Shown here: positions 13,356 through 25,600 of the stretch, one piece after another
Position numbering within the stretch: position 1 is the first letter of the stretch
How the letters are laid out: each line of letters begins with the position of its first letter
DNA from: Laetmonice hystrix
Taxonomy: Eukaryota
DNA: 64,000 nt
Assembly (NCBI GenBank): GCA_965235115.1
Contig: OZ249436.1
Coordinates: forward strand, 30,444,001 to 30,508,000
Direction: 5' to 3'
The notes under the pieces: generated by a model
Told to the model about the DNA's origin: nothing
Seen by the model: the letters and a program-made list of their open reading frames with translations, nothing else
Databases searched by the model: none
Made by a program: the position numbers and the translations under genes

Positions 13356-13540
13356 TGACGTCACAATCATATGCACTTTGTTTTTCTTAATGAAGGATCA
13401 ATTTACCTTAGTAATCCCTACAATATATTTATTTTCATTATATACTCAGTGAAGTACACCGTGAATTTTAGGGATATTCCATCAAACTATAAATCTCACT
13501 TTCGGAATATCCCGACATGCGAGTTCGGATTATGACGTCA
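13356..13540 (+). promoter_or_regulatory. ARIH1 proximal promoter with two palindromic CRE/ATF sites
   Basis: TGACGTCA at 13356-13363 and 13533-13540, about 130-310 bp upstream of the ATG; YY1-like AAAATGGCG at 13957-13965. Confidence 0.5.
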
Positions 13541-13666
13541 TAGACATAAACACGAACTTTCATGAAGTCGTCAGTTGTGAACAGTGGTCAAATGTGAAGA
13601 AAAGACTGTGCTTGAAAAGTGAAGTGTTCGCTCACCTCGAAACCGATAGAGCTGATTTATCGGACA

Positions 13667-16600
13667 ATGGAATCTGAAGATGACCTCCTATACGATGAAG
13701 AATCGGGCCACGAAATGGACGACGATGACGATGACTTCGTCGATATGGATCCTGAACCAGGTTCCACTCAAGAGAAACATGACGTTGAAGAATTTCCGTA
13801 TGAGGTCCTCACGACCGAACAAATTGTCAAACACATGGTTGACTGCATCAAGGAAGTCAACGCAGTTGTTGAGGTAAATGATCCTAATACATTACAAAAA
13901 GAGAATTAATGGTTGAATAAGTTTAAATAGGTTGTCCAGGTATGATGTTTTAATCAAAAATGGCGACCCCCAATCGACCTTGCCCTCACTTCGAGTTCGT
14001 GCGGTCAATGTCCCACTCCCAGACAGTCCATTCCCAGTCCAATTTCTCATTTTTCTACCCCTCTCAATCTGATTAGCTCACGCTTTTGTTTTGTTGTACC
14101 TTTCACACAGCTAATTGATAAATCCAAACATCTGAGGCCACAACATTGTATTAATGAGTCGCTCCATTTTCAAAAGAAACCACTGCACTATTCCTTCACT
14201 CCCGGCCGTAACGTGTTAGTGACAACGTCAACGACAACGGTGACAGACTTGTCACTGTCACTAGTGTCAGTCTCACTTGACTTGTCTCCTGTCAGTCTCA
14301 CTCAGTCACTCAGTTCCGAACACAAAAATACAATATACACCAGTGCAATGCCAAGACAGCAGGCCTGATGTTAAGGGAAACTTGCGTAACCCATTTTTCG
14401 TTCGCCTGTTTTTTATTTTAGATAACCGACAGGCGAACGAAACGACCGTTTGCCCGTTAATCTCAGGCTTGCAAAATTTGCAAGTGAACGGATTTTCGTT
14501 CTCGGCCTTTCAATTTTAGGTGAACGACACGCGAACGAAACGATAGTTCGCATCTTAAAATCTGGCCTGCAAGACAGCTAATTTACCAGTTTTCTCATAC
14601 AAGGGACAGGCTAAAGTACGGGCTAGTCTAATCCAAGTTGCACAAAAGTTGCATAAATTTGTGGGTTTTTTTTTTATAAGATAGTAGTCAGGGATGTGCC
14701 CATGCCAGGCAGCCCGCCCAGAATCGTGCACTCAGATAGATCTCCATTGGTCTCAGAACTCTGGGGGCATGGTTTCCTATTGTTTAGATGCTGAATCTGA
14801 CTAGTCAGTCTGTGTGGGCTCACACCTCCGGTCGTCTGCTACCTGATGGGCGGTGGAGTTTTCTTTCAAACAAGAATAAAGGACAGTCTGGATAGGCAAA
14901 TTGTAGACCAAATATCGCAGGGGAGATATATAGTTATTACGTGTGACTGAACTGAGACCTGATATTTCGGATAGAACTTTAGAAGAACACACTGCTATGC
15001 AGCTAACCTCCCGGAGATCTGAGACCACAGGGATCTGAGACCGTGACACCGGCACCGATTTTAGCCACCCGGCACAAAAACTAAAAAGGTTCAAGTGCCG
15101 CCCAGCATGAATTTTTATTGTATCATCTTAACATATTATCTTTACATGTGCTTGTACAGGAATATCACAGTAATCACGCTATTGTCTTGTCAGTAATGAG
15201 GCGTCACGCTATTTATGGGTCACCATCAACTAAACTGGTTACCTGGGGAATGGAATGTTGCGTAACAACATGTGGTTAACCACCAGGGGTCAGTCGGGAG
15301 TTAGCCGGCAGTTAGTCTGGGGGGTTAGCCGGGGGGTCAGTCTGGGGTAAACCGGGGGTCAGTCTGGTTAGCCAGGGGTCAGTCTGAATCCATAACAATA
15401 CCAAGGCTCTAACCAAATGCAGGGCTGGAATTTCAAATTTTAGGCTACTTGCCCGTCGGGCAAGTAGCCTGAAAAAGTTACTTGCCCAGATCAGAAGTTA
15501 CTTGCCCAGATTTCAGAGAGAATTTAAGATAATAGGCATGGTCTATGAGTATTACGCTTTAATTAAACAGTCGTAATTTACCAGCCAGAGGTCAAGTTAT
15601 TTGCAATCACATACTCTGTCATACATAAAAACGTTCAATAAACTTGAGCATACCGTATATGTCCTATTTGCCGCGCACCTCCTATTTGCCGCGCACCCCA
15701 GCATTTTTTAAAACCCAATGTGTTTGTCAGGGGTGGAAATTTGGGAAAACTCATATTGGGGACTCATATTGGGGACCTATTTGGAAAGAAAATGCCCCCT
15801 TAACGTTAAAATAATTCATTTGCCGCGCACCCCCCTTCTGCACACGCGCATGCGCGGCAAATAGGACATATACGGTATATGGGCTTCATGGACCACTGGA
15901 TGCTTTTCAGATTTGCGCTTCAGTTAATCAGGACAGCAAATTGAATCACATGTCAAAGTCCCTCTCAAGGTTTTCCAAAAAAGTCGCTATTTGTCTCCAC
16001 CAGAGAAGAACAGGGGTTGTTTTCAGGACTTTGACGTGGGCCATAAGGTCTTGTGTCTCGCCTCCTGCGGCCATGCTGATTCCATGGCGTCCCTGTCATG
16101 TCTTTTTTCATCATTCAATCGGCACTTTGGGGGCGATGCTGGTTGGTGGGGTGTGGGGGGGAGGCCCGTGTTTCCAGTTGCGATGTATGTCGGCAGATTA
16201 CCTGGCTCAGAGATAAGTGTAGCTGGGCCACGCTGATGCTGCGACAGCCACCCAGGACACACACTGAACAAACGACAACACATGAACAAAAGGAGCACTC
16301 TGGCGGCACACAGGTGGCCAGTTGAAACACACGGGCCGGGATTAGCTGAGCCAGCCAAATGACCCCCGCTGTTGTTACTGCACTGGAGAAAGATTGAGCC
16401 GCCAAAAGGTCACCCCCTTTAAACAACAGTAACCAAAATAGTTACTCGGCCGGCGGACGAGATACTGGGCTAGACTTACTCGTCCGGACCGAAACTTACT
16501 CGTCTCGGGCGGCCGGACGAGTGGGAAATTCCAGCCCTGAAATGGCACCCACCCACACCCCTTGCCAACTGAAAACCTTGCGCCGTCGGTGCTAGCGCAA

Positions 16601-19600
16601 AACTACCAGTACCACCTGGCACTCAATTTTTTCTGGGCACGTCCCTGTCTAGTGCAGGCCTCGAATTACATGACGGCAATTGCCATTGTGCCCGTTCCAT
16701 TTGCCATGGTGCCCTCTTATTTTTGGCCTCGTCAACGGCAGTCCAGTGCCGTGATGCCCTTTTCCCTTGCTGTCGTGTACCCTCTGTGGACGCGGGCCAG
16801 ATGACATCCCACTGTCTAACAATCTTAATAACCCGACTTTCTAAAAGCTTAAAACCTTAACAAAACTTAGATATTCTATATTCAACATCGTTAAATTCCT
16901 CTAGCTATTCTTCAGGATCACTTTCCAAGACATTGACATTTGCATATATTTAGATCTAATTGTGAATACCTTGGTGCCCCTCCTTGGAGAAGTAAATTTG
17001 CCATGGTGCCCTTCCAAACTTGTTGAAAATGCTGTGGTGCCCTCCTTTTAACAAGGCCCTCGACAGCAATTTTTGCCGTGCCCCTTTGAACTTCTCATTC
17101 GCGGCCTGCTAGTGTATATCATGCCTATTCATCCGGCAAAAAAATCCTGACTGATTATGCACAGTAACCACAGGGTTACTGTGCATAAAAATCCTGACTG
17201 GCAAAAAAATCCTGACTGATTATGCACAGTAACCACAGGGTTGGACAAATTATTTTATGAGTCACTGGTCCAGGACCAGTAATATTTACTGGTCCTGCTC
17301 TTGGGTCCACTGGTCCAAAACTCCACAATTTCATGGAGTGTTTAATTTATGGAAATGTTAAGATTGCCATCATCATTGCCATTACAAGCCACAGACCTCC
17401 AGCATCCTTGGAGGATGGAGGTTTGTGACCTGCTACATGCCTGGCACCAGGTCCTGACAGATACCACCTGTCAATGACAGTACTTAGGTTTAACCAAGAC
17501 TGGGCAACAGTCCGTCAGACTACCAATGATATATTTTCACAAGTCTGAAGCAATAATAGGCAGGTCCCGGACCTCGGGCTAGTGGATTTGTCCAACCCTG
17601 AACCAGAGATGAGATTTTCCCACAGATGAGATCGGCAGAATTTCTTCTTTTTCTCGACCAAATGTATCATAGATCTCTGACTGATGTACAGTTCGGGTGT
17701 ACATGTATAAAGTTTTTCCTCTTTTTTTTTTTCATTATTGGCGTGTCACATCCCTGAGTAACATTCAATCAACTTCCACTTTCGGTGGGAGGTGTAAAGC
17801 AGGGCTTCCGCTAGGCAAAAAAATCCTTTAGCCACTGTGGCTAAGCCACTCTGGATTTCTTTAGCCACATGTGAGATGCTTTAGCCACTGTGGCGAACCA
17901 GATTCTAATTTTTCTAGCCACACTCTCTAAGTCTAACTAGCCAATTAGCCACAAAAGTAATTAGTGAACGCAATATGGCAAAACAGAGGCCAGTCAGTGA
18001 CTGCATGGGGGATTGTGGCTCCTGGGTCCGGTTTTTTGGTTTACTTTTCCACCGTGAGCAAGGGTGAGCTGAGCTGAGCAAGGGTGAACATGAGCTAATT
18101 CTCACCGTTTTCATGCTTTTTTGGTTGCTTTTTTTCCATGAAGCGTGCTCATGGCAAGCAAGCTCGCGGAAAAACACCCCAAAAAAACGAAAACGGTGAG
18201 CAAAACGGTGAGCATGAGCTTCTACTCACCCTTGCTCAGTCAGCTCACGCTTGCTCACGGTGGAAAAGTAAACAAAAAAACTGGGCCCAGAAGTTGCACC
18301 TGAGTTGGAGAGCGTCGGCTGCCAATCCATCAGCCTTTTCAGTTGCCTGTCCTGAGGAGACAGCTGGGGCCATAGTCTGAGAAGACCGACAGCCGGCGCT
18401 CTGCAGCCGACGGCGCTCTGCAACCGACGCATGCTCGCGCAAGGGGTCAGTCACTGCAGGTGGTTGATGATCATGACAGTTAGGAGTTCTCGGCTGTGGT
18501 CTCGGATTATTTTCACCGAAATCGGTTGTTATATTATCGCCACAGATGTCAAAGCTGTTTTTTTGCCTTTCGCCAGAGTGGCGAGGGTTTTGGTATGTAA
18601 CAAGCACCACAAGCAACTTTGATTCGCCATGGCGAACGTGGCGATCGGCTAGCGGAAGCCCTGGTAAAGACCCACCAATGAGGGCTAAGGAGAAGGCTCG
18701 GTATAGCATGAGTATGGTCAAATGACACAAGCACAGGAGAAGCCATTGCCGGCTGGTATAGTCATACCGTATCGCTGGTTCATATCGCCCAAGGCCAAGG
18801 GCAAGATTATTGCATGGTCGGGCTAGTCCAACACACCAAAGACAATAGCTGGATGGCTAGTGCTCTGACCCAACATAGACAACAAGTACACATTGTACAT
18901 GATTGTATACGAGGGGGATAGCTCTAGGGCATGTGGATGTCAGAGCTGGACAAGTGGAATTTTTGTAGTCCACTTGTCCTGTGGCAAGTGATCAAAAATA
19001 ACAATCATAGCTGATTTTCGTCACAAGGTGTATCAGACTGGGTCACGGTGTCATGCCTTGGCCACAACACTGCCCGGCCCCTCCTCAAACACCAGCCAGT
19101 CAAAACCCCCATGATTTCTCTTTTGGGCTAGCATGAGGTTGGATTGTTTTGAGCAAAGAGTCTATGGAAGCAAATAATTGTACCCGAGGCTGCTTATAAA
19201 AGTTATGTCATGCCTTCACGGAAGCAGTGTTTGGTCGATCAGGCATGAATTAGCGCCCAGCACCCGATAATTTCAACCCCTGGATACATGTGGGCGATAA
19301 TGAAGTGTCACTGCAACCTCGCGCATGTGCAAGAATTCGGCTGCTAATTCAGGGCGTGTTTGTTTCACGCACTGGTTCCGTGAACTTGACCGCGATCGCT
19401 GATCTGGCCGTTTGTTTTCGTCGGTTCACTGATCAGGATCCGGGACCCGCTGATCCTGCTGGCGAGGTGGGTCAGCCCGGGATCCAAAATGGCGGACGAT
19501 CAGTTCAAAAGGAAACTAATCGCGATCACTGACCTGCCCGTTTCTTTTCGCCGGTTCACTGAGAGTGAACCAGGTTGGGTGCAGTAGCGTTTGTTTGCGC

Positions 19601-22600
19601 GTGTAAATTAGGTCAGTGATCGCGATTCGGAACCTGCGTGTGAAACAAACACGCCCATAGTAATACAAGTCCTAATGGTCACATAGGCTTCCAACAATTG
19701 AGTCAACATCAGGGCAGATATTACCTGTCAGCTATGCCTTCCTTACCATACATCATTCCTTTTTATTCTTTTCAATACCAGATTCCAGCAACAACTACAA
19801 GAATATTGTTGAACCACTTCAAGTGGGACAAGGAGAAGCTTATGGAAATGTGAGTATTTTATAGTCAGATCTAGCAGAGAAATGATTTCTTGCAGTTCTT
19901 GCTATATTCAAGGTTCTTGCTGCCATTTGCCATTATTGTCAACCAAAAAGTTCGTTAAATCAGAATGAATTTGGCTGTTATATCCTGGTCATCTGGTGAC
20001 AAAACAATGGCATAAATTTAAAATGTATAATTTAGTGATGTCAGTGGTCAGTCCCTGGCTGTGACCACTTGGGATCAGTTACTATAGTCTATGATTTAGA
20101 AACCAATCCATTCCAAGCTGAAATGAATCGCAACTTCTCCAAAAACCAACTTGATCACGTGTCAATCTTCTTTTACTGCATACACAGTGAAAAGACACAG
20201 AGGCCCATTTACTAAGCCGGTGACGTCGCCAAATGAGACGTCGCCGCCCTATTATATAAGGTCAAATTTCGGCCATCCTGGCGATATCACCCATTGCTTT
20301 AATGTTGGCTGCACTGGGCGACACTTATGACAGGCGACATCGCCGGCTTAGTGAAACCTGCCCCTGATGTCACCAGCAAGATTTTAGGGTCACTTTGCAG
20401 TGTCAGATAGGAGAAAAGCCAATCTGTGCGAGCTCCATGAAGTGTGCCTTTATATAACAAATATTTGTGCCTTGGATTAGTTGGAAGGTTTGCAAAGAAA
20501 CAGTGTACTTTGGAGTTGATAACAAACGGCTTGGAAGTTATAGTGTATCTAAGTTTAACTTTAACCATTTCATATTTCCATATGTAGATACTATGATGGT
20601 GATCAAGACAAACTCTTCTCAGAAGCACATGTTATTAGCCCTTTCAAGAAAGCACTCACCAGAAAGGTTTGTACAGTAGAATCATTTACTTTTTCTGACA
20701 GTTTGCAAGTTTGGCAAGTTAGAAATTCTTGCCAGGGCTGTATATTGTAGCAGAGTATTTTTGCAGCTCTGGGGTAGTTTGAAGAAAGGACATGATGTGT
20801 AACTGCAGCCCCAAGATCTAGCCGAAAAGATGTTAAACACAGACTGGCAAGAAACGTGTCTTGTTTTTTTTGAAGATAGTAACTAAAAGTGGAAATCGCT
20901 CCGTGAATGCTTATATAATAATATCATTTAACACAGTAAAGGTAGATTTACAATATTCTTGTGAAAGTTTCTTACTGTCAAGGTATGTTTGACTTTCAGA
21001 GAAGTACACGTTTGGCTGCAGCATCTGGCTCAGCAGAAGTGTTTTGCGAGATCTGCTATATGCAACTTCCACAGTCGGTATGCACTCTCTCATTTATTCA
21101 AAAATGTTTGTCACACACATGTTTTAGATTCATAATTATGATTCACTTTAATTGTAAACCATTAAAATAACTCGCCTAGAGTTAGTGGTCCTTTTGGGAA
21201 CCCTGCAAATGTCTGTAGGCCGAGCTCTGCAGGAACGATATCAAACTCTGTGGCATCAAGCAGATTTGTTTTCAAATTGATTTAGGAAAAAATAAAGCAA
21301 AAGTTGTGGTAAACTCAAACACTTATAAAAATTGTCCTAGATGATGACGGGTCTGGAGTGCAACCATCGCTTCTGTACTCGATGCTGGACAGAGTACCTC
21401 ACAACTAAGATTATGGATGAGGGAATGGGGCAGGTGAGTAAATACTTGAAGTTTAAAAATAGTAATAGGCTTGGTTGGATGAACATGAAAAAAAAAATTA
21501 TTACCCAGGGTAGACGTTTTTCTGAGGCTCCAGCTGCATGAAGTGACCAAAATTGACTGGAGGGGGGACTTTTTTTCAAAATCTAATTTTACATGTACAC
21601 AAGGTCCACAGAATTGTTAAACCAATGGTCTGTTGATCCAGGTAAATGATTTATAAATAATATCAATTGGAATTTTTTTATATTACAGACAATATCCTGT
21701 GCTGCACATGGTTGTGATATTCTGGTAGATGATGCAACAGTTATGTAAGTAGAAACAGGTACTTCGATGAAGGCAAGATAAAAAATTCTCTGACTTTATA
21801 TTAAAATTAGTGTACTAATCTCAAGCCCTGAGTTCATGGTTCAGGAGAATTCTGTTGTGTGTGAACAACAGTTTTGTTGTTGAAAGGCACCAAATGGATA
21901 ACAAGTCTGTACACAAATTCTGTTATAGGTCTGATATATGCTTGGGGATTTTTGGAGTTAAGTTGAATGTAGTATTCAGCAAAAGGTAACTTACAGTGAT
22001 CATTTTCTCTGGGTTTGTTTCAGGAAATTAGTGACAGATCCTAGGGTGAAATTAAAGTATCAACATCTAATAACCAATAGTTTTGTAGAGGTAAGTAAAC
22101 TACAGCTGTTATCCCTAGTACTATTCTAAAGCTTACAAATTGAATGGAATAACATGTGCGATGAGTAAATATTGTGATTAGCTAAAACCTAAATATATAT
22201 GTGTCCCTGGAAGGCACCTCTTGTTTTCTCAAGTGGTGAATTTGACCAGTTTATCTAGTACATAAGACATTCTTGGATTTATTAAAGAAGATTTGAATTA
22301 TACTATGACTGTTTTTTTAATCTTTGCAGTGTAATCGTTTATTACGTTGGTGTCCAATGCCAGATTGTGGCCATGCCATCAAAGTAAACTACCATGATGC
22401 TAGGCCTGTTGCTTGTGCCTGTGGCCACATATTTTGGTAAGAAACCTTTCTGTTATTGTAAAACCTTAGTTTAATGTCTTTACTTTTTATGTGAATATTA
22501 AACTCTGATATCCTGTCCCGGGGGGAGGTTGAGGGGGGAGAGAGAAATAGCGGAGAGGGAGAAAGTGACAGAGCAGAGACAATTTCATCTCAATTTTGTT

Positions 22601-25600
22601 ATCCATTCCTTTTTTCCACTTTTGGTTACAGTTTTTCTTGTGGAGAAAACTGGCATGATCCAGTAAAGTGCAAGTGGCTCAAGAAATGGATCAAGAAATG
22701 TGATGATGACAGTGAAACCTCAAACTGGATCGCTGCCAATACAAAGGTAAAACAGTCTGTAATCTGGAGGAGTTCTCCAGAATGTGGGACTCGAGAAAGT
22801 CAGGACTGAGTGTCGTTCCTAGACAGGAATTCAAAATTCCTTACACAGACAACAACACCCCTCCCCCCCCCCCCCTAAAAAAACCCAACTTTCTGCCCAT
22901 GATGCAGGAATCCCGCACCTGATAGTACTGACTAGCTGTCAACCTATCTGATGACTAAGATATACCCGGTAATTAGGCACGAAAATGGGAAATTTATGTT
23001 ATGTTATGTATGGTGGAAAGCTAACCTCGAAAATCTATGCTCATTAATTTTGATTCCTGGATATATAAGTTTAACCTAAATTTAATACTACAGTCATTTT
23101 GCATAAAACTTGTGAAAGTTAAAAAGATCCTCGTTAGGTAATCTACAGGTATTACTATTAGTTACAACAGCTTTTTCGGTGTACAGTATACTAAAGTGTC
23201 CAGATGGATGGGGACTAAATCCTATCAAAAGGGACAGTCACTAGTTTTAATTTTGATTGCAAAATTATACAAGTGTTGCCAGTTAGACCTGTTAAATTAC
23301 TGAGGAAATATTGCCTCTACTGTACAAAGTTTGCAAGGGTTTTCTCTCCATGAATTACCTCATACAGGGATTTCCCCGTGTAATTTGGTCATACCAGATG
23401 ATACTGTTGCTTCTAAAAAATACAACAGAGAAATCCAGAAATCAATGTTGGAAGTTTTTCAGTTTTTCTCACGTAATAAATGTGATTCAGGAATGTCCGA
23501 AGTGTCAGGTGACGATTGAAAAAGATGGTGGCTGTAACCATATGGTCTGTAAGAGCCAAACGTGTAAGGCGGACTTCTGCTGGGTTTGCCTTGGGCCGTG
23601 GGAGCCCCATGGTACCTCATGGTAAGTGGCGTTGGTGTGAGCCTGGTGGGCAACCCAGTCAATTCCATGCAATCAGCCATCACATAAATGGTGTGAAACA
23701 CTGTGACCAACTAAATTAGGTCAGGTTTGAAGTGTGGTGGTTGATTGGAAAGTAGCAGCCAATTATATGCAATGCTTCCATCAAATTTGTGATTGAAATT
23801 GAATAGAGCGAAAAAACGACACCCAAGTTCTTTGAGAGTGGACACACATAGACCTGTATTATTTTAAGTGATGGTTTCTCAGGGGTATTAATATCAAGCA
23901 GTCACTCTTGCTAAGGTCATTGCTAGCAGTGAATGGTGGACCACAGATGGAAAACATTTTCTGTTGTTAGCCAGGACCAGGACTGCCTCTGCATTTAATG
24001 ATGCAAGTTTAAATAAAAAGCAGCTTAATAAGAATAGCCGCAAGTGGTCAGTTATTATTAAACTTGTTTAGACAAACCCAGAATATGGACAGAGGATTCT
24101 ACAATGCCAGATACGAAGGTGAGTCAATGTTTCAAAATATCGCAGCAGTCTGTACCAAAAGCAGTTCACGGGATGCTGACAGCAAGAGGTAAGGAAATGG
24201 CTACATTTAGAAATTGTTTTACCATTCTTTTAAGCTAAAACAATTCTTTGCAGCTAAAACAATAGAGCTAACTGCATGTCTCATTTTTGATGACAGTTTC
24301 ATTTCATGGTGCCAGAGCATGTGAATGATGGCATGCTGCATGTCATTGATATAAAACAGGTTTGATTTTAGCAGTGACCTTTAAAATTGATATGGGAGTA
24401 AGAGCAAAATAATGTTGACAAAACTGAAAATTTAGAAAGTAAGCATGTACTAGATTTGATCGTTTTAATCAAAGCCATTGGCATTGCACACTAGGATTTT
24501 TTTTTCAATGACAAGTGAAACGTTCATTTCGATAAAGTTACATGTTTGATTATGTTATTTCTTCTGTACAAAGTTATTAAGATGGGTGTTTCGTTTTCAC
24601 TAAATTTTAGTGTAGACTGTTTTAGGTGTATAGAGCAGCCACCATATATCAATGTCTACTGACTCACTATGCTGCCATCATCAGTATGGAATTTGAGCCT
24701 TATTTAATAGACTGATTTCTTCACTGATGTGAAGACCTTCTGGCGTTTTGAGTTGTAGTGCAGGTCAGCCACACACTGCAAGGTTGCTCAGGGCGCCAAA
24801 TTTCTGACCCATAGTCTACAGATATCCTGACATTAAAATAAAACCAAGCTGCAAGTTGATTCACTAATTAGTGCTTCGATACACATGTTAGAAGGGTACA
24901 TGGTTATACGTATACTTTTTGTTCTCTTAGTGATTTCACTCATCAAAATTATCTATTCATGGACAAATGGCTCTTTGTGATGAAAATAAATGATTTTAAT
25001 TACTGTTTTTTAATACCAGTTTTGTAACAAAGTTGTAAGTTTGGGTTTCGGTAGTGGAATGCATGCACCAAAACGCCTCCTGTTCTATAAACCCTGACGT
25101 TCTCCACTCCTTGTGACTTGACACAAAGTCACCACTTTGATCCTAGTTTTTGTTAACAGTGTTTCCATCCTACCAATTTTCACTGAATGCTAATAACCTG
25201 TGTACCCCAAGACATGGTGCGTACTTTGGGCTGGGATAGTTGATCTGGTGTGGCTGAGCTGACACGCAGTCTGGTGTGCGTGTGTTGACAGGAATGCCCA
25301 AAGTGCCGAGCGACCATTGAAAAAGATGGGGGGTGCAATCACATGGTGTGTAAGAAGTGCAGGTTTGACTTCTGCTGGGTGTGCCTCGGGCCATGGGAGC
25401 CCCATGGATCATCATGGTATGTATCACTATGACACTCTTGGCCGCAAGAACAAATTTTGCTGGCTGAAAACCTATTTATTGTGTTCTTCACATTGTTGCA
25501 AAGCTTTTTATCAGGTGCTTTTACTGACGTTTTTGTCCAAATTTATAAAGAGGCTTTGTTAACTTGAAAATGAACAAGGTGATAACGGCAGTCATTTAGT

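Larger units (their letters stand above)
14689..16647. mobile_element. TIR element (cagggatgtgccca...tgggcacgtccctg) carrying nested insertions
   Basis: Inverted termini visible; a short uninterrupted relative lies at about 60296-60580. Confidence 0.75.

Noticed and set aside
23491..25416. Second RING2 exon as an assembly or haplotype duplication
   Set aside because: The flanking introns are unrelated, and the exons differ at many synonymous sites plus an in-frame 6-nt indel.
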